From: Chiloscyllium plagiosum
Taxonomy: Eukaryota
Assembly: GCF_004010195.1 (NCBI RefSeq)
Contig: NC_057752.1
Span: forward strand, 991,330 to 1,055,329
DNA length: 64,000 nt
Direction of reading: 5' to 3'
Shown here: positions 63,369 to 64,000 of the stretch, one piece after another
How positions within the stretch are numbered: position 1 is the stretch's first letter
How the letters are laid out: each line of letters starts with the position of its first letter
The notes under the pieces: generated by a model
The model's input: the letters and a program-made list of their open reading frames with translations, nothing else
What the model was told of the DNA's origin: nothing
The model's database searches: none
Made by a program: the position numbers and the translations under genes

Positions 63369-64000
63369 GAAGGGCTTATTCTCCTAGTGAACGAACAGAG
63401 TTGAGCCTGACAAAGTGTTCACTGTGGTTGATGCATCAACTCCCAAAGGATTGAAAAAATAGCAATGGAACAAGGAAGGAAGCTCCATGGTATCTGTTTA
63501 CACAGAGGGCAATGAGAGTATTAAGTAACCAGGGAACTTAACCAGGACAGAATAAATGAGCACAGCAGCAACTAGACAGCTTCGTGGGGAAAGCAGGGAT
63601 CACAGGATAGGTAGATTCCCAGGGACTGGGCTTGTTCAACACTTCACTTTCCTTCCCTTGTTGTGTTTACAAGTGCTTCTAACAGATCTGAGGAGTGACA
63701 TTAGCTGCTTTTGGCCAAATGAGCACATCATTTGCCACTTTGGTTCTCTTTTGAAAACTGACCGATTTCGCACACAGGTGCTGAGTCTCAAATGGGTTGT
63801 CCGAAGACCAGATATTTCTTTTTACAAAGTGGCAAGCAACAATTTTAATTGTTATTAAATGAGTCAAGTAATTTATTGAGACAACTTGATGGTATTAATG
63901 TGACAGATTAGTTATCAGCCAGTCTTTTTACATGTTTGGATGGATCTAAGCAACCCTTGATCTGAGGAGAGGCAAAGGCACATTCACCTTCCTTGCCCCG

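Overview
Vertebrate genomic DNA, almost certainly a shark: the HE1-type V-SINEs, SacSINE1-like DeuSINEs and abundant CR1 and Penelope fragments are diagnostic. The main content is the 3' half of a minus-strand formin-like gene, most like FMNL3. I traced 11 phase-consistent internal exons (55946 down to 28766, FH1 end, FH2 and WH2/DAD region), one with a non-canonical GC donor. Three candidate alternative C-terminal exons follow (24286, 23369, 19684), then a probable long 3' UTR. At about 1.7-2.4 kb there is a CpG-rich first exon/promoter of a second, unidentified minus-strand gene, built from a 13-copy CCAATG array with frame-preserving spacing. The rest is largely retroelement debris. Many Penelope-type ends carry minimal hammerhead ribozyme cores, and several form hairpin insertions with 10-14 bp target-site duplications. 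There are two assembly gaps. I cannot demonstrate a wholly new system. The best leads are the three-way/dual-frame FMNL3 C-terminus, the CCAAT/ATG array, and the hammerhead-bearing hairpin elements. Reference protein and repeat-family comparisons are from memory, not from database searches.
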